Assembly (NCBI GenBank): GCA_051362555.1
Contig: CM120649.1
Location: forward strand, 2,914,001 to 2,978,000
DNA from: Lingula anatina
Taxonomy: Eukaryota; Animalia; Brachiopoda
Direction of reading: 5' to 3'
DNA: 64,000 nucleotides
A program made the position numbers and the translations under genes. The notes beneath the pieces are model-generated. The model searched no databases and was not told the origin of the DNA. It worked only from the letters and a program-made list of their open reading frames with translations. Below, piece after piece: positions 1 through 12,442 of this stretch. Position 1 is the first letter of the stretch; every line of letters begins with the position of its first letter.

Positions 1-206
1 GCTGGGAGCTCACACAGGAACAGGTATGAGATATTATGTTTGGGGTTTCTACTGGCTGGGAGCTCACACAGGAACAGGTATGAGATATTATGTTTGGGAC
101 TTCTACTGGCTGGGAGCTCACACAGGAACAGGTATGAGATATTATGTTTGGGACTTCTACTGGCTGGGAGCTCACACAGGAACAGGTATGAGATATTATG
201 TTTGGA
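1..206. repeat. 54-bp minisatellite, about 3.8 copies, running off the window edge
   Basis: Unit GCTGGGAGCTCACACAGGAACAGGTATGAGATATTATGTTTGGG(G/A)(T/C)TTCTACTG starts at 1, 55, 109 and 163. Confidence 0.95.
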
Positions 207-214
207 TTTTTAAC

Positions 215-335
215 ATAAGGGGCCATCTCTTCACGTCAGCTGGTCCAATTGAATGGAATCTGCTACCAGGTGATAGGTTCTAAATTGAATCAAATGCTAA
301 CTTTAAGAAAGAGTTAAAAACACATCTTTTGTAGA
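215..335 (+). mobile_element. Degenerate 3' end of an L2/CR1-clade LINE ORF2
   Basis: Translates as GHLFTSAGPIEWNLLP...FKKELKTHLL*, resembling the typical L2 C-terminus (F..AGP..WN.LP...FK..LKT.LF). Confidence 0.6.
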
Positions 336-3300
336 ATCTTTATTCTTGATTATCTTACTTGAATTATATTTATGTGAGAATCAGGCTGTTTTTGTGTACA
401 ATTACAATCTTTTAAAATATTTTTTCTTTATTTTGTAGATGCAAGAACTGAACAGGATATCCATGCCTGTAATTCCATACCCGTACAAAATGATACGCCT
501 GTTAAACAAGACTAGGAGAGATATGTCCATTTAAAGTGAAATTTAATAGGCAATCTTTTACAGTACCGTTAGATAATCAAACTTAAAACGGGACCGAAGT
601 TGATGTCAAACCATTATTAAACAGAAATACAGACTTACATCAAATACATTGGACTACTTTTTGTATGTCATGTTTGATCCGTTGCGTTATCTCGAGATTG
701 ACTTGGAATATTAGGCATTATAATTCGTATTGGAATTTATTTTGGAAACTAATATGAATAAAGACAATAGATTAACGGATATAACATTCAGTGGCAAAGC
801 GATTCTTCATTTGCTTCATTAACTTTTAGCGAAGTATAAAGAAGTATGTCACTTCAAAGAACATGGCAAATATTTAAGTTCAGTCTATGAATACAAGATC
901 TCATTTTGAATCCTAGGTTCTGATATTTATTTTTATTGCGTCGATATAACCACGTATGCCATATTGCCTGCTAGCAATATTTGATAGAAGCACCTTTTTA
1001 ATGTTAGGTTGGATAATTCTCTATGCATAACTGGTCATTTTTACAACAAAAAATCACACAACAAGGACGCGTTTCTTTTCTTTAAGCCAAACATTTATTC
1101 GCGTGTTCTTTATGATAATTTGATAATTCTGAATATCACACCTTTATTTCTTTTCAGACTGAATCCTTCTTCATTTTAATATGGCACTCTACTCATCAAG
1201 CAGTACACTTAAGCGATATGGTACCCCGGTATCTTCCAGCTCACATTAAGATGCCCGTACGTGTTATCACACGACGGTGAATTTTTAGCCTTTCCACAAG
1301 TTTTTTTACGACATCGCTCCCTACTGTTCAGTCTTGGACAAATAATGCCCGACATCAGTGTCTAACTGTCTAAATGATACAAAAAGTCAGCGACAAAGGC
1401 AATCTTGCTCTTGCAATCTTTTAATTGTGGCTGGTGGAAAATGTGCCTATAATAACTGCCGCCCTGGTAGAGGGTAGCAAGCGCGAAGGTTTCGTTTAAG
1501 CGTTTCTCCACGTTATAACTAACTCGTACAATATATCTGTATCGCTATAGTGTATCGCTCGATGTGAAAAGGACCCCATTTTTCTGTGCTTCATGAAACA
1601 CTAAGCTCTTCTTTCACAATAAATTTTAACTTCCAGTTACACTGAACAAATAATTAATGGTAGTTTTCGAATTTTGTTTCGCGATTCTTTTCACCATGAA
1701 ACAATCTACACTGAATTACGGTATCATCAGGCACCACTAGTCAATAGCTTCATCACAAATATTTTTGTAATAAATAAAAAAAGATAAAATAAATACGAGC
1801 ATGGCTTCATTTTACAACATCGTACTTCTCTCCTCAAAATTTTCTGCATTAAAAAAAACTGACATTTCAAATCAACTATGTCTTGAATAGCCATGGTCAA
1901 AGTCAAGTAAAGAAATTTCCAAATGTAATATTACTTCACACTATTACTTCTGAATGCTTTTTAAATTTCAGACCTAAATTTCATGAGATAATTAAATAAA
2001 CGATATAAAATATAATTCACATAATACCAATAATAATATAATATCAAAGAAAACACAACTGGGCCCACAAAGAGTTCAATTTAAATGTTTTTTTGAAATC
2101 TCATTGAGGATATGTAACCATTACGAAACAATTACATCACAATTATCATCAATTATCTTTTTATATCGCTATAATACTTCTTACTACGCATCCACCTCAA
2201 CCATATGAAAGGATTAGTAGGAAAACCATCAATAACTACATGTAGAAAAGCACTCAGGAAACACAACCTCCGCTAGGACTAATAATTAATTAATAATTAA
2301 CCATTTCATAATTAATGAATTATCAACAAAATCAACAAAAGCTAATATTATATTATCTTCAACGGCTCATGCCTGACCTTTCTTGAAAATTTAATGAATT
2401 GATACCCTTTCACAAAATCTAAACTATAAATAGCAATCATTCGTTTCAGAAAATCACAACCCACACACAAAATTAAATGCATAGAAGGATCACGTGTATA
2501 AACATTTAAAACAATACTAAGGCTACGTAAGAGCTGATGACGTACGGAGTCTGAAACCTTGGAAAACGCGATGGTGTGAAGGTAAACTTCCTGTGAATTT
2601 AAAATTAAATGTCATTTTAAATGATTATTACTCAGAATATTGTAAACATTTTACCTTGCCGCTACATGTAATAAGCTTCTTTTTTATTCCTAATCAGAAG
2701 GGTTCTATTTGCATGTCTTTATGGGCATATAGTCTCCATATGCCCATACAGACATTTTGTCCTATGCATTTTTGCCTGAAAATAATGGGTTTCACAACCC
2801 GGCACATAAAAAATAAATAAATAAATAAATAAATAAAACTTACATATATACATTTTGTGACCTTCTTAGGTTATATATGGTTTCACGCATTTTCTAATTT
2901 AACAGTGTTTATATCTATTAAAAACACATATTTAAGTATTGCAACACAACATTTTTCAACTGGTCTTTTACAAATCAAATTCAAAAACTGCCATTAATAT
3001 CTAATATCATCAAAACGTCGTAAGAACAAGTCAATTCTCAAATCGCCCATTTAGTGGTGGGTCGAAGTTCACTTCTTAATTCACCAGCATTTTCTTTTTA
3101 TCCAATTGTCAAAGTCTAGATGCTTTTAAGGGGTCTTCAAATAAGAACAGTTAGATTTTTGTGTTCACAACAAACAATTACATGACACACAATGTTTGAC
3201 AGTCTTTGGAACAATCTCAATACAAGTACACAGCAATCATAATAAATACAGATGCCAGAGAAGAGTTCAATTTCTTCTAAATCACTTCACTTGCATTCAC

Positions 3301-3487
3301 CAGTTCCAAGAAAATAAATCAAATTGGTTAAGATCGTTCAAATCATCCACGTCCCTACATTCCACTTGCAACACTGCTCGTATTCTACCACAATCCATCT
3401 CGATTCGACAAAAATTAATCACATTGATGTGATTGAAAATAGAGTAAACTGGATCCTTCACCAGACCTGACACCAGAAGAAGTTGAA

Positions 3488-6400
3488 TCAAAATCCCTCA
3501 TAATTTGCCAAGTTGGCTGCCTCTGACCATGCAGCGTGGGGAGCCCCATCCATTTCTCCAGCCAACTGATTGTCATCCCGGAGTCGATGACTCTGTCCAC
3601 CAATACGAGCCTTACACTCAGGACATGTTGCTTCTTCCATGGCACCGCCACAGTCTCCGATTGCGTAGATATGACCTGTCAACAGAGGGGATAACTTTGT
3701 ATTCATTAATTTCTATTTTGCTTTCAAAGGTGCAAGCACTTATCAACATTCTTGAAATTTGTACGAGACCACCAAACATTGTGGTACTTTCTATAGTAAA
3801 GATTGATGTTAATATATAAGGTATCTATACAGAATTTGTACAGAAAACCCAGAGGTGGAAAAGTTCACAAGTCAAGGTGGGAACTAGGATGGCCAAGATA
3901 CATGTACAGGCTCACAAATGACCATTACTGTTTTGAAGCTGACTTTATATTTAAAAAACTTACCATTTGGACACTTAAACCAATGCCCCTGGGTCAGACC
4001 CATGGCTTGAACAATTTCCTGGCGTTCTGTGTCTGTGATTCCTAGCCCCGAGGCTGGACAGGCCTCCTTCACATCAGAGTATATTCTCTGCACTTTTGCC
4101 TCTCTTTCTGGAGAAAGTGGTTTCTTGTCACACAGTAGGGTTTTCACACGATCAAACTGATCAGATAATTCGGGAGGCAAGGTCCTCCCGCTGTTCTCTA
4201 TTTGGGTTTTCATGATGAACCAGTTGCCAAGCAGGGCCAGGCGAGTTGTCTCTGCACTGAACTGGGTTGTCTCCTGCTCGCTCATGTGAGAGCGAGGCTG
4301 AACGACCCAGAAATGAAGTGAAGTGAGCTCCTTCATAATGTCCTTGAGTTCACTGGCATATTTCTGGGTTTTCTTTCGCTGTACTGCAAGCTTCAATTTC
4401 ATGCCAGAGAGCTTTTTAATGAAGTTGATTTGATTCTCAATGAAGGCCAACTGATCGGCAGAAAATGTTCCACCTGTAATCTTGGATTCAAAATCAGCTA
4501 ATATGTTTTGTGCATGTGTCAAACCACTTGAATCCCCTATGATGTTAGAAATTTCTCTTTGCAGATGTCTGCGAGTTGCAAGGAGTATGTGCATATCAAC
4601 AGACAATTTCCTTTTCACTAATTCTATATTTGCTAACTGGGTGTTAATCTGCCTGCCATAACGCAGGTTTCTCCTAATTGGTGTCTTACACAGAGGGCAG
4701 CATTTCAACTGAATGCTCATGCTTTTTGAATCACTGCTGTCCATGGCAAAATACTGATCAAGTCCACTGACTTCAAAGTAGTGCTTGCAATCCTCGAGTT
4801 GTACAAAATGAGCGTCATCTTCATCCTCAGTCCCAAAGAATATTTTTGTCACCTCCTCGCGATTGCAAACTCGACAGAATTTGGGACATGGCTCACCACA
4901 AAGGCCAATACATGGATGTTTGCATCTCAGCATCCTGCTGCAAGGTTCATTACAAGGTGGACGGTCACATGGCTCACTGCACAGCTTCCTGCATTTGTGG
5001 TGCTTGCAGGCCCATGCACAGTCTTCCATACAAGGCACACAGGGTTCTCCACAAGTCTTTTGGCATTTGCTGTGCACACAGCGGTTCTCACATGGCCTCT
5101 GACAAGGGGGGCAGTTCTTTGTGCACGTGTCCTTGCATGGATGTCCACATACTAAAGTGCGATCACATTTCTGTTGGCATGGCATGTGCAGTCGCCCTTG
5201 TCTGCATTTTCCACATTCCCCAGCACATTTGTGCCCACACTCCAGTATCGCTTCACATCGTTTAGGACATGGGAAAGTCTCAGGAGTACGATGGCAGTAT
5301 GTCGTGACAACATGACCACATGGCCAAAGACGTGGGTACACCTCATCACATTTCTTTGTGTGATCCTCACCACACTTGTTGCTGCACTTGTGCCCACAAG
5401 GCAGTTTTACATCACATGGCTGATTACAGGACACTAGATACGGGTCCACTGAGCAAGCCACTGATTGCTTATGGCCACAGGCTGGCATGACTTGATCCAC
5501 CATCTTCATGCATTTGCCACATTTTTCAAAGCAGCGTTTTGTGCACTGATGCATCCTGTTGCAAATTGTCTTCCTGCATGGCTCCATGCATCTATGATTT
5601 GCATGCTCTTTATCATAGCTATGGCAGACCTTTTTGCAGACATGTCCACAAGGAAGACGATATTCACAAGGTAGCATGCACCCACCCTCTGGTGCCTTTT
5701 TAAAATCAAGATCTGTCTTGGCAAGAATGCCCTCTTTTTCTGGATGGTTCTGACAATACAAGTGCAGACCTTCTCCAATAGACCCATATTTCCGAAGGTC
5801 ATAAATTATCTGGCTCCACATGCTATTTTCAGCTAACAGCCTGAAGTTTCCTATCACATAAAAACCCTTTTTGGCGCGTGATAACGCCACACAAATGCGG
5901 TTTTGAATAGCCAAGAATCCCATGATTCCTTCTGTGTTGCTGCGGACAAGTGATAGTAAGATGATATCATTTTCTTCCCCTTGAAAATTGTCTACCGAGG
6001 ACACACGCACTCCCTCGAATGTTGTCTTGGGCATGATTCTCTTGAACTGCAACAGCTGGCCTGTGTAAGTTGTTAGAATGGTAATCTGCGATGCCCCATA
6101 TCCCTGAAGGAGGAGATACTTACAAAGGGCAACGATAAACATTGCTTCATGTTTATTGGATCGACTTTTGTTCTCTCCATCCTTAAATTCTGGATAGCTA
6201 TGGTTAATGAAGAACATATTTTTAGAAACGCCTCTGATGTCTTCAGCATCCTCAACACTTGGGTGGTTTTGCAGCTCCGGATAGATGTGCCTTAGCAATG
6301 TAGCAATCTCAGGACGCATGCGGTGCTGCAGCTGTAGGCAGTTAACTTGCATGCCATTGTTGAGCATTCTCTCAAAGAGAGACACATCAAGATTGTACTT

Positions 6401-9400
6401 CTTTGCCAGATCATAAACTGTTGGTGTTGGTCTCAACTGCTTGTGGTCCCCTATCAGGATGAGATGCTGACACGACTTCGTAAGTGAGGTCACAATGTGG
6501 GCCTCGAGTACTTCAGCTGCTTCCTCAACAATCACAATCTTGGGCTGGACTTCTTGGAGGATGCTGCGGTACTTGGCAGCGCCAGTTGTGGTCATGCCAA
6601 TCACAGCAGCCTCTTTAAGAATCATCAAATCCTGCTGGTTCTTGACTTCCCTCATGCGTGCTGAGACTTCTTCATACTGTTCCTCATACCCTTCTATACC
6701 TTCCTTAAGGTGTGTACAGTATTTGGTAATCCACAAGTGATATAACCGCCATCTATCTTTGTCGGAAAGGGTCCAGACGTTGCCCACTTCCCCAGCTTCA
6801 TCTTCAGACATTGCATTCTTGTTGCGAAGCCCATCTTTTAGTATCTTCTTGCGTTTTTTGGATGTTTGATTTTGCACTTGCCAACCCATATCTTCCCCGT
6901 CTTTGGTATTACCATATTCAGAGATGCTTAAGTTATCAAAATCAAGGGCAAGAGGAATATCAGAAATGACCACCCTCCTCCTCCTAGAAAAATCAGCTTC
7001 CTCTTCTTCATCATCAATTATCCTTTGCTCCTGCAACATGTCTGCTTCTTCTTCCACATCAATAACTTCCTCTTCTTCTTCTTCATCCTCGTTCCCTTCC
7101 TCCTTTCTTTCTCCTTCATCAAACCCTCTATAATCCCCTGGGGCATACAGGTTATTTCCCAAACCTAACCAGTCGACCATATTGGAATTCCTTTGAGAAG
7201 TTTGTTCAAATGGCCAATCCAACCCTTGAGGCTGTCTGAACTCTGTTAGGCTTCTGTAGTGGACACGGTCAATAAAAGGGCGTAGTGTGTCCTCATGCAA
7301 GATTCCTTGGTCTGTCTGCTCTATGCGGGCTACAATATTTTCCATTTGCAACTCTATTTCCTTCATCTCTGATCTTGCATCATTCAAACCTTCGTGGACC
7401 CCCCTTGGCACCTTCTTGTTTTGACGCATTTCATCTTTCAGGTTTCTGATTAAAAACTTCTCCAGAGCCTTGCTCTTTGACCTGCCCCCGACCCTGACAA
7501 TGCCATTTTGTATGAAGGTGTGTATGCCCTCTAGGAACTGATCCAATGCATGGTTGGTGTAGCATACAACTAGAACAGGAGTGTCTCCACCCCACACAGC
7601 TTTATTGTGAAGGAGCGCCCGAGCAATCTTCAGACCCAGGTACGTCTTGCCTGTACCAGGTGGTCCCTGTATAACAGCTATCTCTTTGGTAAGGGCTGTC
7701 TTCAGGGCTCGCATTTGGGATTCATCCAGGTGGAACACCTCAGCACTAGGCCAGCGCGAGGTAATCAGTGCTGGCACCTGTTGGGCACTCTCAACTGCCA
7801 GACTGTACACTGGGAAGTCATCATTATCTGTACCATCTTCAAGTTGAAGGAGGGGTTTCTGTCTTTGGACAAGTGGGTCAACTGTTAGTGGACTTAAATC
7901 AAATGCAACTCTATACCCGGCTCTTCCCATCAGGTATTTTGGTGGAGCCACCTCCTTTTCACAGCGAACTATATATCTTTCCAATGGAAATTCATCCTCT
8001 TCAATGGTCTGTAGTCCAAAGAGAACATGGCGACATGCCTCAAAGTAAGCAGTTGTCTCAGCCATAATGAAGGAGGTGGCGGGCGAAATTCTGTGTACCT
8101 CTCCCATTCTCTGCTCAAAACGTACTTCTAGGAACCCTTCTGCCAAGTCTTTTGGACTGCGGTTGGCAACTGTGGCAAACAGAAATGTTTGGAAATGATC
8201 CAATGACAGGCATACAAGAGAACCAAAGATAAGTCTTTTAGTGGACTCCCACCTCACCCCCTTAAGTTTGGACACATCAAAACGTATTCTGTACACCAAT
8301 CCATTTGCTGTACACACTGGATTAACCACATGGACATCATGGTAGATACGGATGTCTTGAAGACGGTCATCTCTTCTGTTGATAGATCCAAGATTTGAAA
8401 ACTTTGTAATTCCCTCTCTTAAAGGCCGTACAAAATCTTCGCGCAGGAGGCGAAACTGGACATCAAGATAATGGTTGACATTTCGGTATCCACCAAGTGT
8501 CTTATTTGCTCTTAGAAATGGCTCTTCTTTCACGTTGATGTCATCAAGAGTGGGGAAAACGGGAACATTTCTGAAATCATCTGGTGGGAGCTGATCATCA
8601 GAAGCTACGGCCATGTCACACCCTGCACCGCCTTCTTGCTCTGTCTTCAAAATGGCTTCACTCAAGCTGTTTACCTCTGCCAGTTGAAGCTCAATATCTT
8701 CATCAATAATGTCACTATTCACCTGAAGTCTTATAATGGTGCTACCTAACATTGACAAGGGACCCAGAACAGTGGCTACTGCAGCCTGTGGTAACCTTAT
8801 AAGTAGTTCTCTAAATATCTTTAGCATGTCTTTTATGGGCTCTTTAAATTCTTCTTGCTTGTAGATTGAACTTTCTAGACCCATCTGGGCAATGTACTTT
8901 ACAAGGTGCTCACTCAAAAATTTGGAGTCTTTGACAATGTTCAGTAGCTGTATCAAAAGCTGGGGCGTCGAGCTGCATGTGCAAGCTTTAGCTAACAAGG
9001 CAAGGACAAGCTTGATCCAATCAGGTTTCAACGAGTCTGATGACAAGAGTTCCCGAAATCCACTTCTTGAGTGATTTAATGTGGTTAAAAGTTCAGAAGG
9101 TTCTTTGGACTGAAATTCAACAAGTTTACGGTACCCAATACCTGGTATCCTCCTCTCTGCATCTTGTCTTGCATGACTGCCCCCTCTACTGGCATTTCTT
9201 GGCCTACCATTGGCATATCCTCCTTGTTGCCTTGAACCAGAGAGGATATGTTACAAATATCAGTAACCAATTAAATGACAATATATATCAATTGGCAGCA
9301 AATTAGACAATGAAGTTGGCAAATATACAGATATTTTAATTCTAAAAACAAGTAAATTAAAAGAAACAGACTTAGTGTTTTAAAAACATCATAAAAAATA

Positions 9401-11286
9401 TTTTTCCCTTTAACAATGGGTAGAGTCTATCAAAGAGAGGTATGTGCTTTTCACTGTTCCTTCTCTCCTTTGGTTGTTCTAACCAACCACATACACTGTA
9501 TATACACTAATGTCAAGACATTTTCATCACTTTAATGTTGTTGTAAATTCGAAACAGCTCATTTAACAACAGCAATAATGAGAAAACCTATGAGCAAACT
9601 AAACTAAAAGTTATAAATAACTTTATTAGTTAAAAAGAGAAACCATTGTCAGAGAATTAAGCTCTCCTGGGTGCGGAGATCGAAAAGGAGAGAAGAGAGG
9701 AGAGTCGGGGCCATGCGGTGCGTTACTATTTCAGACAGAGTGTGGAAGCGTTTTAAGCACTGGACGTTGTAATTAGTAGATTTATTGTTGGAATAGACTG
9801 TGTTGATGTTCCGTGGACTGCACTGAATGCTTTGATACCATAAATTCACCAAGTTACGGCATAAACTAACCAAGATAGGAATCGGCGGCAAGTACTGTTA
9901 CATTGCATTAGTTACTGTTACGTCATGTACTGTGATAATCTGGAAACTGATCTTTATTCAGTGGAAAATCTTAACTTTCGAAAATAATAAAGGAGACATT
10001 CAGAACATATGCAAATGCGCTGTTGTTTTTCCTGACAACCATCTACCTTTATCTTTAGACATACATTTTTATGATTACATTTTAAAAAAATTGTAAAAGT
10101 GAACAAGAGAAAAAAAGCATCTTGCTAATTATCTATATATAAAGGCAAGGCACACTTAATATAAAAAAAAAATTAAATATATTACATTTTATTAAATCCT
10201 ACAAGGGATATAATAAATACATGATCATTCATAAGTTTCATTTGTCTCGGTTGCTTTGTATAAAAGTTATGTTCTTTTTAATAATATGCTCCAAATGACC
10301 GCATTCTCTATGTACAGTATAGGCTAGTCATTGGTAATCCAACAGATGTATGTTTAAAGCAATATACCCCCACTTTTTGTGGAAGGGGGGGGGGGAGGGA
10401 CATAATAAATGGCCTCAGTATATGTTGTATACTCACTCTGCATCACGAGGCCACTGAAAATCTCCACCTCTGCCGCGTGATCTTCCCCTTCCTCTCCCAC
10501 GCCAACCACCATTGCCTCTTCCTCTCTCCGCCTAACAAAAAAGAAAATCATTGAAGTTGTTAGAAATAAATTAAATTACACTCTGTCAATGAATCATTAA
10601 CCCCATTGGGATCAAAAAGGCCCCATTCAGAATAGGGGACTAACTAGTTAGTCTGAGGGTCAAATATGGCAACCCACTCCAAAGCTTGTCGTCTTATCCT
10701 CTAGTAGACACTGAATAGATATCCCGTGGGGAAGTATTCAAGTGGGCCGGCCATATTTGACCCTTGAACTAGTTAGTCTCCTATTCTGGGAATGGGGTGT
10801 AAGCTTGTGTTATCCCCAGTATTCAGGCAAGGATATCCCAGAAGTATTCAAGTGGGTCAGATATATTTGACCCCAGGACTAGTCAGACCCTAGTCTTGGA
10901 TGGGACCTTGGTGCTGACCTAGAAACCTCCCCAGGCAGCCCAGTAAATGAGCAGGCCTACAAAACTACCAGACTAGGCACCAAATGATCCCGAAATCGAC
11001 TCTAGAACAATTCCTCCCCCGGACTTTTCCTCCCAAGGACAATTCCCCTCCGGACTCCCCCCCAAGAAATATATATTTATTTACAAATATATAGAACAAA
11101 GTGTAAAGTTTAAAACATTTCATCCATTTTATTAATGTTTTTAGTGTGATAATACAACTTCATCATGAAACAAATTTAATGTGTATCGAATCATTTTAAC
11201 TTTTACAATTATATTTTAAGATTGTGCATCTCACGACTATTTGTTTTTATTGTAAAATCCAATTTTTTAAGTTGCAAATAAATACA

Positions 11287-11338
<52 letters not shown>

Positions 11339-12411
11339 ATTGTAAAACAAATTCCTTTTTCATTGAGTACAGGTACAGGAAGATTTGATAAATATCGAAT
11401 CAAAGTATAATCACCTATCCTTCAGGTAAAGGTTGGGTAAACAGATGAACAGGTAAACAGATATTTTATGAATATTTTAGTGGTGAGAGTAGAGGGTAGG
11501 TGGGTAGTGGTCAAGCAATTAAAAATAGTCAAAGGGATACCTGGATAAGCAAGAAAATCTGTTTACCACAACTCAACCTAGAGATGCACCTTGATTCAAG
11601 ACTTACTCAACCAAGGGGGGGGGGGGGGTAATAAAGCAATTAAAAGTATGTAAAAATAACTGGTGTAGCGATCTCAGAATAATTATGCAAAAGCTGCAGT
11701 TAGAAGATATATTCACAATGCGGTCAGCGGTAGACTTAGAGCTGGCACATCGGAAAATTATTGAATTGTACAAGGTGATATGGAAAAACGACATCCTGAA
11801 AAAGCCAAAGCTAAGAACATATATACTCTTCAAAGACACCTTCAACTGGGAGTCATATGTTAAGTTGTCCATGAGTAAGTCATTAAGATCTGTACTATGC
11901 CAATTATTGAATTAAGATGTGGTATACTACCACTAAGACTTGAGACAGGCCGATATGTAGGGGAAGAGGTTTCCTCCCGACTCTGTAAATTGTGTCACAT
12001 GAACTTGATTGAGGATGAGGTCCACTTTGTGTTAATATGCCCTCTATACGTGGACATATGACACCAGTTTTTGGGAGACCTGGACGGCAGTAATGTCGAC
12101 AGGGAAGATTTAATTAAAACGTTAATACACATAATTGTAAATAAACCTAAAAACTTGGCACATTATTTAAAAGACAGTTTAAGTCTAAGACACACAGTCT
12201 TATTTAAGGCGGCACATGTGCTGAGTATACCATGAATTATAGTGTTTATTTCACTTCCAGCTTTAATATTTATGTATATATATTACTATGATGATGATTA
12301 TTTTTTTTTTACTATTTTTATTATTCTCTGTTTCTGATATATTGTAGTATTATATAGTACGGTGACTTGTAGGCCCATGAGGCCGGGTGAGGCTCTCACA
12401 TGTCACGTTAA

Positions 12412-12442
<31 letters not shown>

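Noticed and set aside
26-283. 85-aa repeat protein MRYYVWGFYWLGAHTGTG
   Set aside because: Translation of the 54-bp minisatellite running into a LINE remnant.
2530-2570. CTGATGA...GAAA hammerhead-like motif in the copy 1 3' flank
   Set aside because: No convincing stem II, and the core is not conserved in the homologous flanks.
4781-8067. Numerous short + strand ORFs repeated in all three ZNFX1 copies
   Set aside because: Antisense shadows of the conserved coding strand with no recognisable domains.
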